Below are positions 32,201-44,639 of a stretch of DNA of 64,000 nt, in pieces. Origin of the DNA: Paraspadella gotoi (Eukaryota > Animalia > Chaetognatha); contig CM119269.1 of the NCBI GenBank assembly GCA_051294375.1, forward strand, positions 13,424,790-13,488,789, given 5' to 3'. The notes beneath the pieces are model-generated. The model saw only the letters and a list, made by a program, of their open reading frames with translations, was not told the origin of the DNA and ran no database searches. The translations under genes and the position numbers were made by a program. The first letter of the stretch is position 1, and every line of letters begins with the position of its first letter.

Positions 32201-34673
32201 GTCGATTATAACCGGACGGTTCTCGAAATAAAGCATGAATCTCTCTCTCTCTGTTCGGGAATGCCATGTTTGGAGAAGTGAAGATTAATCACAACAAAGA
32301 TGCTTGTCTTTGTGATATTTTTCGCGGCAGAAAGGTCAACTAAATTTAAACCGCATTTATTTTAGATAATGACATTAACTTTTTCCTTCGCCCGACCCAT
32401 TCCCTCTCCTCTGCCCGATAAAAGGGAGCTAAGGTGCCACTTATTTTTGTCCACGCGGGCAAGTACGCCGAGGACCTGCCCGACATCGTCTGCGACCTGA
32501 CGATCGTAGGGGCGGCAACCGGCGAGACCCCGAGCGAATCCGGGATCAAGTGGTGCTTGAGTCAAGGTCCCAATGCACCGTCAGGTTTTTGGAAAAAGTC
32601 GGCCGACAGCTATTTGGGGTAAGGAATATTTCATTTCGAATAAAGTTATTGTAAAAATAATTGAATTCAAGATTGATTAATGGTTAGTGGCTTTGCGAAT
32701 AGAAGTAAATCGCATACAAGGAACCATGTTATTTTGAGAGTCAAATTTAAGATAACATTTAGTGATTAATTATTATTTGTATAAATTCGAATGTATTTTG
32801 TGAGTGAAAACGTTGTTTTTTTTAAAGTTAATATAAAAGTATGATAAGTCACTTGCTTATTATATTTTTTTATTTGCTGGCTCTGCAATTATTCAATGGT
32901 TAAATTAATAGGGTTTTCTTCGATCACCATAATAATAATTCTTCATACGCAACTTCATTCAGTTTCTGACCGTCCGATTTTTACCTGAAGAGTTCACGGA
33001 GCCACAACCGCGTCACTGGGCAATACTTATCACGGGAGACTGCGCTCCTTTCATCGAGTATTGCAGGTTATTCGTTGAAAACGAAAAGATCGGTGATCAC
33101 TTTTAAAGAGTTCAAGTAAGAAATATTGTTTATTAGATCATTTAAAAATTTTACATTTTGTACATTGATTGTATAAATTTCAAAATATTTGTTTTAGATT
33201 TTAAAATCGAAAGATTGTGGTGGTATATTCACACCACCTCACGTCCACGATCAGAGGGGGAACACACCATCCCAGGCGTTGTGTTCATCAACAGTCCTAA
33301 CGACTTCCCTCTTCGTTGGCAAAGAGTCCAAGCGAGGACACGTCCTAGGTCCAACACTGCAGCATCAACAGAGACGCATCATCACACATCGGAGCAGTGC
33401 AATCACGCAGGCACGCCGCGTGCTGTCAGTCACTGTTATAAGATACATCATTATTATTATTTTTTTTTTAATATTTTTTGTGTCGCGCCGCCAGAGTCCG
33501 CAGCATTTCGTCTTACGGCGCCATCTGCCACGTGTCCGGCGAAAACGCTGATCCAACGATTCGTAATTGCGATTTTTCTTTCGGCAAAAACGTCGGCCTC
33601 TACATCACGAACCGAGCGAAGGCATCTACACCAACAACAGGTTTAGATTACTGGAATACGATTATATAAATAATGTCAATACTAAAAAGCGTATTATTGT
33701 GAATTGTAATTTCCTTCCCCCCCCCACCGTTTTACCCAGATTAGCAACAACGGGTTGGGGATCTATTGCAAGTTCAACAGCGACCCCATAGTTCGTTCCA
33801 ACGACATTTTCTACAATAAGCAGGTTTGCGAACAAAGAAAAATTAAAATACGAAAGCTTAGATAATGTGATTATTTGGAAATTGGCGGAAAAGTAGGTTA
33901 TCAATAACTTGTTAACGTTTTTATTTTCTCATAACGTTACTACACCTTCATAGCGATTTAGGATATGTTTAATTGTTTAGTTAATGATCGCCGAGCAAAT
34001 GTATCTAGTCGGTCTGTCTAAGAGTCTGTCTGTCCATCTTAAGTTTAAATTCGCATAAAGCAATACGATACTTAATACAATACTTAATAGATGTCCAAAC
34101 TGTACCAGGAAATGTTCTCGGTTTTTTAATATAGTTTTTACTAAAGTAAAACTTGATAACACGGAGCAGAATAACCAATGATTATTTTTCTTACTTATTA
34201 GAAACAATGCTGTATGCAAATGAGGCTCGAATTGAGGCTTGTAGAAAACAAATGATCAGTCACTACACCTTGAATTAAACGTTCCTTGTTCTCTCACAGT
34301 CTTCCACTCTTCCTCACCTCTTTCCTCACCCATCTTACTTACCCAGGGCGCATCCTCATCTCCGAAGAGGCCGTGGGTTATTTCGAACTCAACAAAATCT
34401 TCGACAACCGCGTCACCGGAGTCGAAGTCAAGACGAAGGGAATCCGGTCTTCATAGACAACGAGATCTACGGCGCACAAGCGTCGGAGTCATCGTCTATA
34501 GACAGGGTAAGTTCGGGCGGAGTTCGAGTCAAAGTGGTCAGTTTGAATTTTCTCTCGACTTCCCATCTTTCTCTATTAGGTCAGGGTCAGTTCCTTCGTA
34601 TCGAATTCACGACAACGCGGACGTCGGAGTTTTCGTTCTTCACAAGGGAATCGGACTTTTTGAGGTCTCTCTC

Positions 34674-34723
<50 letters not shown>

Positions 34724-36416
34724 TCAAAGTAAAACCAAGCTTTGTCTAAAACAGGGCAATGAGATTTGGAGCAACCGCCTCGCGGGATCGAGACTCGATC
34801 GGGCGGGTCCCCCGCGTGGTCAAGTGTCGCGTCCACGGTCACGGTTACGGGATTCTCCTCCAAGAATCAGGTCACGGAACTTCTTCGAGAACGATGTCTT
34901 TGGAAACTCCAAAGCCGGCGTCTTCGCTCATCAGGTTCGAGAATATTCGATGTTCCTTTGTTTTTTGTTTTTTCTTTTTGGAATCGCCAGCAGATGGCAG
35001 CTTTTGGCTTTACAATGAAAAGTCGAGCGTTGCTACTTTTTTGTTCTACATTTTTTTTGACTCTCGAGGGCGCCACCGGGTATTTGGAAAATAACAAAAT
35101 TTACAAGAACGCCAAGGCGGGCGTCGAGATTAAAGATGGCGCCAAACCGGAGTTCGTCAATTGCCAAATTTACGAATGCAAAGCCGCCGGTAAGGGGAAA
35201 CATTATACGGAATAGAAACCGCATTTATTACAAATTTTTAACTTTGAAAATGGCAAAATCAATAAAGAATTAACCATTTATTAAATAATTAAGCGATAGT
35301 ATATTATGTAATACTACGTAATAGCTATGCAAAACAATAAAATTGGTACAACCAATATAAAAAATATTCATTGATTCAATAAGTAAATGTAATACAAAAA
35401 GATATTCACGTGAATGAAACGGTTTGTTTCTTTCCGCCGACAGGAGTCGTGATTCACACGAAGGCGACGGAAAATTCATGATTCGATTGTGAGAGATAAT
35501 GACTTCGCGGATTGTTTCTCTTCAACGGAGCCAAGTGAGAGACGGACTACGGACAGGGGATGACTGGAGGACTACGGGACCGAAATGAAAATAATGAAAG
35601 GAAAAACTTGGGGGAATAAATTAGAGAAGCAATGAGTACATACATACAGAAAGAATGGAATTTAAAAAAACTTACGTGAAAAATAAATTAAAAGAATTAC
35701 TACTTATGTGAAAAAGAGAAGGTTCATTTGACATACTATTGTGAATTTCACAGAGGTCACTTTGAAAACTGCGTCGTGAGCGGAAATCGAATCGCGGGCA
35801 TCGACATCAAAAGCGGCGCCGACCCGATTGTGATCTCCTGTGACATTCACAGTCAGGTCAGTCAGTCAGTCAGGTCATCATCAGATTGGAAGATCAAATT
35901 TTGTTCATGGCCATTGACCTAGATGATTAGTTTTTCATTTCAAAGTTATAAAGGTTTGCTAAATGATTTCAGTTCACATCGGGTTTAAACAGTTCGTTCA
36001 GCTTGGTAATAAATTTCGCGTCGGAATAATAATAAATTAATAAATTAATAATAATGACATCCTCAGGAGTACGGCGTAGTGGTCCACGAGGCTGGAAAGG
36101 GTCGCATCGTCCGCAACCGATTCCACGATCACAACGAAGCCGCCGTCTTCACGCTCAAGACTTCCGACGCGACATTCGAGGAGAAACGAGATTCTCGGCG
36201 AAGATAAACAATTCTTTGATCTTGACTTTTTCGTCGAAGCCAGGCGGTGACTGATCGAATGATCGATCTCGATCGATGAAATGTTCATTTGTTTTTTTTG
36301 TTATGAGTCGTTTAACGGATTCAATAATAAATATTGATAAAGAATTTAAAAAAGTTTCACTTCAATTTCGTGTACAGAATTTATCCTTTTCTGAAAATGA
36401 TTATTTAAAAATAGCT

Positions 36417-36493
<77 letters not shown>

Positions 36494-37820
36494 AGTATAA
36501 GTAACCGGTTTCTTTTTGTCTGACCGCAATCCATCTTATTTCGTCGCAATTTAAAAAGTAGGATTCTGACTAACAGAATGGTGCTAGAGATTAACCTGTC
36601 TTGGGCTGAAACGGCAAGGACAGTCTTTACAGTCTTTTTTCTTCAGCGCTGTTGAAATTTAAATTTTATTGAAAAAGTGTCAAGGTCAGTTTAAATATTA
36701 AAGCATTAAATTTGACGACGACGACAAAAACGACGACAAAGACGATGACAACGACGACGACTATAATCCGGTTTTAAAATTGCGCATCGAATTCATCGCG
36801 ATTTAAAAAAAATAGGACAAAGCAAAATTTAATCTCCATTTTAAACTTCGGCATTGTAACATTTTTTTTCGGTTACGATTATGACGACCGTCACGCACGA
36901 CGCGAGCCTAATGATCTTCAAAATGGCGACTCCCATCTCACCGACGTCAACAACGGCGTCCAACGTCTCATCGCCGATCTTCGTGACGCCGAACGAAACG
37001 GCGCTAATCGAGTCACGCCCGCAAAAACGGCGACGCTGACGACGGAGAAGAGGCGCCGGAAGGCGTCGCCAAGTCCGCGACTCGACGCCGCTCGCGACGC
37101 CGCTCGAGTTGCGGCGCCAAAATCTTTAAACAATCGAAGAGTCTTTTTTACATCGCGGGTTTTTTGGCCTCGTGGAGAAACAGGATGTGGAGTTTCGCCG
37201 GGGCGATGTTTATTATTGGTGACGTGATATAAACATAATGCACTAGATAATTAAAAAAAATTATTAACTGGAATAATAAATAAATAGTTGTATAACTAAA
37301 ATTCTATATATTAGATTAAAAAAAAAATAAATAGATAGCTAAATAATTTGAGAAATAAATTATTAAATGAATATAATATGTTTAAATAAGGAAATCAATA
37401 TACAAATTGTTTAAAAATTAGGTGAATAAATGAATAAGCGAGTTAAGTATAAAGTATAAACACTATTAAAATCGAATTAAGTCTGACCGCATTAAATTAT
37501 GACAAACAAAAAACAAACAAACAAAAACCAAATAAATCGAATAGAAAATAATAAACTAAAATTATAATGTTCACAGGTCTCGACAGTTCGAGCCTTCGTC
37601 TTCCGCCATTTACGGTTTCGCTGTCGCCTTCGTCGTTCTTGTCTTCGGCGCTTCGATCGGAGATTTCGTCGACAGGTGGCTCTTTTTGTCTGTCATTCTG
37701 TCAGTCATTTTCTGACTGTCAGTCATATTCTGACTGTCAGTCATATTCTGTCTTTCATTTTATTTGTCTCAATGAAAAATTTATCTAACTCGATCCTCTT
37801 TCTTCTTCTTTCTTCTTTCT

Positions 37821-37869
<49 letters not shown>

Positions 37870-38056
37870 TTTCTTTCTTTCTTTCTTACATCTTGATTTT
37901 CATTCATTTTATCTTGTTATGTTTGTCTGTCATTTTGTCTATCATTATATCCGTCGGTTATCTAGTTTTTTAATTATTTTTTCTCTCATGAGTGGTATCG
38001 GTATTTGTATCTCTGTCTGCCCGTCTGCCCTTCTTTCTTTTATTAGTTTCTGTCTG

Positions 38057-38131
<75 letters not shown>

Positions 38132-41100
38132 CTCTCCTCTCATTCAAATCCCCCCCCAAAAACTCAGAACCCCCGACTCCGCGCCGTCATCTTAGCTCTC
38201 CTCGCCCACTCCGCTTCGGTCGTCGTCGGGGGCGTCATCGTCGTCGTCGCCGTCGCCACGGGAGTCGGACGCGACGCCGAGACGAAAGACGCCGACGTCG
38301 CCGGAAAGGAGGCGGCGCTTTGGGGCTGCGAGGCGGCGCTGGTGGGCGTGGCCTGCGCGGCGATGTTGTCGAGTCAAGCGACGGACATTGCGATGATGAA
38401 GGATTGGATCGTCGTCATCGCCGGTCGGTGATTGGCTCGTCTGAGAGTAGAATGCGCGTCCTGATTGGCTGAATAATAAATTAAGTATTTGTCGGATTGG
38501 CTAGATGTTATTTGTGAATGAATAGATAAATAATTAGATATTTTAAGACTGTTTTAAGACCGGAGGACCGTTTATCAAACCGTGTTTATTTTATCAATTT
38601 ATAATATAATTTATGGATATTTATATTGGTTGTACCAATTTCATTGAAAATAATTATAATTTTCATGAACAAAACCAGTTACAGTTCACGATGCTTAACC
38701 TCTCCCTTCACTTATCCGATTCACATTCTATTTGTCTCTGTTCACCGGCTCTTTCTCTCTATTTATTCTTCTATCTCTTATTCTATCTCTTATTCTATCT
38801 CTTATTTTATCTCTTATACTATCTCTTATTCTATCTCTTATTCTATCTTTTATTCCATCTCTTATTCTCTCTTTTATTCTATTTGTCATAATTGTCGCTC
38901 ATTCTCTCTCTCATTCTGTCTTTCCTACTATCTTTTCTGTCCCTTCCCTCAACCAGAAACCCCCGATCGATTGGCCGCCATGAACTCCGTCACTCGCGCC
39001 ATCGATCTCACGGCCAAAGTTTTGGCGCCGCTTCTCACCGGCGCCATTTTGTCGTCGTTCGGATTCTTGGCCGGCGCCGTCACCGTCTCCGTCTGGACCG
39101 TCATCTCGGTCGGCGTCGAAATCCTCGTCCTTAAGTCCCTCTACCGGAAAAAACCGGCGTTGGGGAGAAGAAGGTAAGAAAAAGGCATTCTCTCTCACTC
39201 TCTCTCTGTCTCTTTCTCTCTCCCCCTTTCTCTCTCTCTCTCACTCTCTCTCTGTCTCTTTCTCTTTCTCTCTCCCCTTTCTCTCAAAAGTAAGGTTTTC
39301 TCTCTCACTCTCTCTCTGTCTCTTTCTCTTTCTCTATTCCCCTTTCTCTCAAAGTGTAAGGTTTTCTCTCTCACTCTCTCTCTGTCTCTTTCTCTTTCTC
39401 TCTCCCTCTTTCTCTCAAAGTGTAAGGTTTTCTCTCCTGAAAACTTTTGCTTGTTCTTGACTTTCGAATTGACAATAATCCTTTACACGGATTCCATCAT
39501 AATATATAAACAACACATCTGCACTAGATCTTTTTTGAACAAATTTTTTTACTAGGATACAGTAAATTTAGACTCTGCAATTTTTATATTGTATATTATA
39601 TATTATTTATATATTATTTTATATCATATTATAATATTTTTATATTTTATATCCCTGGCATTAAAGTAGTAAATGAAATTTAAATAATTAAATCGTCAAC
39701 CAGAAATCTAATAAATAAAAAACAAGTTTGAGCAAACAATATCNNNNNNNNNNNNNNNNNNNNNNNNNTAAAGTCAAGAACAAGCAAAAGTTTTCAGGAG
39801 AGAAAACCTTACACTTTGAGAGAAAGAGGGAGAGAGAAAGAGAAAGAGACAGAGAGAGAGTGAGAGAGAAACCTTACACTTTGAGAGAAAGGGGAATAGA
39901 GAAAGAGAAAGAGACAGAGAGAGAGTGAGAGAGAAAACCTTACTTTTGAGAGAAAGGGGAGAGAGAAAGAGAAAGAGACAGAGAGAGAGTGAGAGAGAGA
40001 GAGAAAGGGGGAGAGAGAAAGAGACAGAGAGAGAGTGAGAGAGAATGCCTTTTTCTTACCTTCTTCTCCCCCAACGCCGGTTTTTTCCGGTAGAGGGACT
40101 TAAGGACGAGGATTTCGACGCCGACCGAGATGACGGTCCAGACGGAGACGGTGACGGCGCCGGCCAAGAATCCGAACGACGACAAAATGGCGCCGGTGAG
40201 AAGCGGCGCCAAAACTTTGGCCGTGAGATCGATGGCGCGAGTGACGGAGTTCATGGCGGCCAATCGATCGGGGGTTTCTGGTTGAGGGAAGGGACAGAAA
40301 AGATAGTAGGAAAGACAGAATGGGAGACCAAAGGAAAGAGAATGAGCGACAATTATGACAAATAGAATAAAAGAGAGAATAAGAGATGGAATAAAAGATA
40401 GAATAAGAGATAGAATAAGAGATAGTATAAGAGATAAAATAAGAGATAGAATAAGAGATAGAATAAGAGATAGTATAAGAGATAAAATAAGAGATAGAAT
40501 AAGAGACCGGTGTAACAGAGACAAATAGAATGTGAATCGGATAAGTGAAGGGAGAGGTTAAGCATCGTGAACTGTAGTACTGGTTTTGTTCATGAAAATT
40601 ATAATTATTTTCTATGAAATTGGTACAACCAATATAAATATCCATAAATTATTCATAAAATTGATAAAATAAACACGGTTTGATAAACGGTCCGTCCGGT
40701 CTTAAAACAGTCTTAAAATATCTAATTATTTATCTATTCATTCACAAATAACATCAAGCCAATCCGACAAATACTTAATTTTATTATTCAGCCAATCAGG
40801 ACGCGCATTCTACTCTCAGACGAGCCAATCACCGACCGGCGATGACGACGATCCAATCCTTCATCATCGCAATGTCCGTCGCTTGACTCGACAACATCGC
40901 CGCGCAGGCCACGCCCACCAGCGCCGCCTCGCAGCCCCAAAGCGCCGCCTCCTTTCCGGCGACGTCGGCGTCTTTCGTCTCGGCGTCGCGTCCGACTCCC
41001 GTGGCGACGGCGACGACGACGATGACGCCCCCGACGACGACCGAAGCGGAGTGGGCGAGGAGAGCTAAGATGACGGCGGCGGAGTCGGGGGTTCTGAGTT

Positions 41101-41134
41101 TTTGGGTGGGAGGGGATTTGAATGAGAGGAGAGA

Positions 41135-41201
<67 letters not shown>

Positions 41202-41377
41202 CAGACAGAAACTAATAATAATAAATAAGAAAGAAGGGCAGACGGGCAGACAGAGATACAAATACCGATACCACTCATGAGAGAAAAAATAATTAAAAAA
41301 CTAGATAACCGACGGATATAATGATAGACAAATGACAGACAAACATAACAAGATAAAATGAATGAAAATCAAGATGT

Positions 41378-41433
<56 letters not shown>

Positions 41434-41457
41434 AGAAAGAAAGAAGAAAGAAAGAAA

Positions 41458-41490
<33 letters not shown>

Positions 41491-42432
41491 AGGAAAGAAA
41501 GATTGATCGAGTTAGATAGAATTTTTCATTGAGACAAATAAAATGAAAGACAGAATATGACTGACAGTCAGAATATGACTGACAGTCAGAATATGACTGA
41601 CAGAATGACAGACAAAAAGAGCCACCTGTCGACGAAATCTCCGATCGAAGCGCCGAAGACAAGAACGACGAAGGCGACAGCGAAACCGTAAATGGCGGGA
41701 AGACGAAGGCTCGAACTGTCGAGACCTGTGAACATTATAATTTTACTTTATTATTTTCTATTCGATTTATTTGGTTTTTGTTTGTTTGTTTTTTGTTTGT
41801 TTGTTTTTCATAATTTAATGAGGGTCAGACTTAATTCGATTTTAATAGTGTTTATACTTTATACTTAACTCGCTTATTCATTTATTCACCTAATTTTTAA
41901 ACAATTTGTATATTGATTTCCTTATTTAAACATATTATATTCATTTAATAATTTATTTCTCAAATTATTTAGTTATCTATTTATTTTTTTTTTAATCTAA
42001 TATATAGAATTTTAGTTATACAACTATTTATTTATTATTCCAGTTAATAATTTTTTTTAATTATCTAGTGCATTATGTTTATATCACGTCACCAATAATA
42101 AACATCGCCCCGGCGAAACTCCACATCCTGTTTCTCCACGAGGCCAAAAAACCCGCGATGTAAAAAAGACTCTTCGATTGTTTAAAGATTTTGGCGCCGC
42201 AACTCGAGCGGCGTCGCGAGCGGCGTCGAGTCGCGGACTTGGCGACGCCTTCCGGCGCCTCTTCTCCGTCGTCAGCGTCGCCGTTTTTGCGGGCGTGACT
42301 CGGATTAGCGCCGTTTCGTTCGGCGTCACGAAGATCGGCGATGAGACGTTGGACGCCGTTGTTGACGTCGGTGAGATGGGAGTCGCCATTTTGAAGATCA
42401 TTACGCTCGGCGTCGTGCGTGACGGTCGTCAT
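28234..42432 (-). CDS. SLC40A1: Ferroportin-family exporter (SLC40A1-like), 9 exons, intron 4 interrupted by the inverted duplicate
   Basis: Exons 42432-42093 (LASWRNRMWSFAG), 41725-41626 (GASIGDFVD), 41093-40837 (MKDWIVVI), 40277-40060 (LAAMNSVTRAIDLTAKVLAP), 30691-30403 (AMLYLTVLGFDAIT), 30138-29826 (PGSPF), 29628-29508 (ARFGLWNLDL; GC donor), 29043-28887 (ESQRGVVNGV), 28367-28234 (stop). All are ferroportin signature motifs. Confidence 0.9.
28565..28880. repeat. Degenerate (CAGT)n intronic repeat
   Basis: Direct reading. Confidence 0.8.
29052..29103. repeat. (GAT)n microsatellite next to a ferroportin splice acceptor
   Basis: Direct reading. Confidence 0.9.
30803..30912 (+). mobile_element. 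Short HINE/DINE-1-like element, same family as 4105-6989
   Basis: TTTTTAGTCGGATCTGCTTATCA...(CCGT)n...AGCAGATCCGACATTGTTTGCTCAAACTTGTTT. Confidence 0.65.
32432..36254 (+). pseudogene. Inverted partial copy of the FBXO11-like 3' exons (beta-helix repeats, no F-box)
   Basis: PLIFVHAGKYAEDLP..., GATGYLENNKIYKNAKAGVEIKDGAKP, GHFENCVVSGNRIAGIDIKSGADP, ending FSSKPGGD*. The upstream exons are absent. Confidence 0.7.
36881..39173 (+). pseudogene. Inverted partial copy of ferroportin exons 1-4
   Basis: Reverse complement of 40060-42432; no downstream exons in this orientation. Confidence 0.7.
38765..38885. repeat. 12-bp minisatellite (TATTCTATCTCT)n, mirrored at ~40365-40505
   Basis: Direct reading. 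Confidence 0.85.
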
Positions 42433-42820
42433 AATCGTAACCGAAAAAAAATGTTACAATGCCGAAGTTTAAAATGGAGATTAAATTTTGCCTTGTCCTA
42501 TTTTTTTTAAATCGCGATGAATTCGATGCGCAATTTTAAAACCGGATTATAGTCGTCGTCGTTGTCATCGTCTTTGTCGTCGTTTTTGTCGTCGTCGTCA
42601 AATTTAATGCTTTAATATTTAAACTGACCTTGACACTTTTTCAATAAAAATTTAAATTTCAACAGCGCTGAAGAAAAAAGACTGTAAAGACTGTCCTTGC
42701 CGTTTCAGCCCAAGACAGGTTAATCTCTAGCACCATTCTGTTAGTCAGAATCCTACTTTTTAAATTGCGACGAAATAAGATGGATTGCGGTCAGACAAAA
42801 AGAAACCGGTTACTTATACT

Positions 42821-42874
<54 letters not shown>

Positions 42875-43040
42875 ATAGCTATTTTTTAAATAATCATTTT
42901 CAGAAAAGGATAAATTCTGTACACGAAATTGAAGTGAAACTTTTTTTAAATTCTTTATCAATATTTATTATTGAATCCGTTAAACGACTCATAACAAAAA
43001 AAACAAATGAACATTTCATCGATCGAGATCGATCATTCGA

Positions 43041-44581
43041 TCAGTCACCGCCTGGCTTCGACGAAAAAGTCAAGATCAAAGAATTGTTTATCTTCGCCGA
43101 GAATCTCGTTTTCCTCGAATGTCGCGTCGGAAGTCTTGAGCGTGAAGACGGCGGCTTCGTTGTGATCGTGGAATCGGTTGCGGACGATGCGACCCTTTCC
43201 AGCCTCGTGGACCACTACGCCGTACTCCTGAGGATGTCATTATTATTAATTTATTAATTTATTATTATTCCGACGCGAAATTTATTACCAAGCTGAACGA
43301 ACTGTTTAAACCCGATGTGAACTGAAATCATTTAGCAAACCTTTATAACTTTGAAATGAAAAACTAATCATCTAAGGTCAATGGCCATGAACAAAATTTG
43401 ATCTTCCAATCTGATGATGACCTGACTGACTGACTGACCTGACTGTGAATGTCACAGGAGATCACAATCGGGTCGGCGCCGCTTTTGATGTCGATGCCCG
43501 CGATTCGATTTCCGCTCACGACGCAGTTTTCAAAGTGACCTCTGTGAAATTCACAATAGGTATGTCAAATGAACCTTTCTCTTTTTCACATAAGTAGTAA
43601 TTCTTTTAATTTATTTTTCACGTAAGTTTTTTTAAATTCCATTCTTTCTGTATGTATGTACTCATTGCTTCTCTAATTTCTTTCCCCAAGTTTTTCCTTT
43701 CATTATTTTCATTTCGGTCCCGTAGTCCTCCAGTCATCCCCTGTCCGTCAGTCCGTCTCTCACTTGGCTCCGTTGAAGAGAAACAATCCGGCGAAGTCAT
43801 TATCTCTCACAATCGAATCCATGAATTTTCCGTCGCCTTCGTTGTGAATCACGACTCCTGTCGGCGGAAAGAAACAAACCGTTTCATTCACGTGAATATC
43901 TTTTTGTATTACATTTACTTATTGAATCAATGAATATTTTTTATATTGGTTGTACCAATTTTATTGTTTTGCATAGCTATTACGTAGTATTACATAATAT
44001 ACTATCGCTTAATTATTTAATAAATGGTTAATTCTTTATTGATTTTGCCATTTTCAAAGTTAAAAATTTGTAATAAATGCGGTTTCTATTCCGTATAATG
44101 TTTCCCCTTACCGGCGGCTTTGCATTCGTAAATTTGGCAATTGACGAACTCCGGTTTGGCGCCATCTTTAATCTCGACGCCCGCCTTGGCGTTCTTGTAA
44201 ATTTTGTTATTTTCCAAATACCCGGTGGCGCCCTCGAGAGACAAAAAAATGTAGAACAAAAAAAGTAGCAACGCTCGACTTTTCATTGTAAAGCCAAAAG
44301 CTGCCATCTGCTGGCGATTTCCAAAAAGAAAAACAAAAAAACAAAGGAACATCGAATATTTCTCGAACCTGATGAGCGAAGACGCCGGCTTTGGAGTTTC
44401 CAAAGACATCGTTCTCGAAGAAGTTCCCGTGACCTGATTCTTGGAGGAGAATCCCGTAACCGTGACCGTGGACGCGACACTTGACCACGCGGGGGGACCC
44501 GCCCGATCGAGTCTCGATCCCCGCGAGGCGGTTGCTCCAAATCTCATTGCCCTGTTTTAGACAAAGCTTGGTTTTTACTTT

Positions 44582-44639
<58 letters not shown>

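Noticed and set aside
33335-33445. Strong local divergence between the inverted arms (versus ~45880-45965)
   Set aside because: Neither version reads cleanly in frame; a low-quality consensus is more likely than biology.
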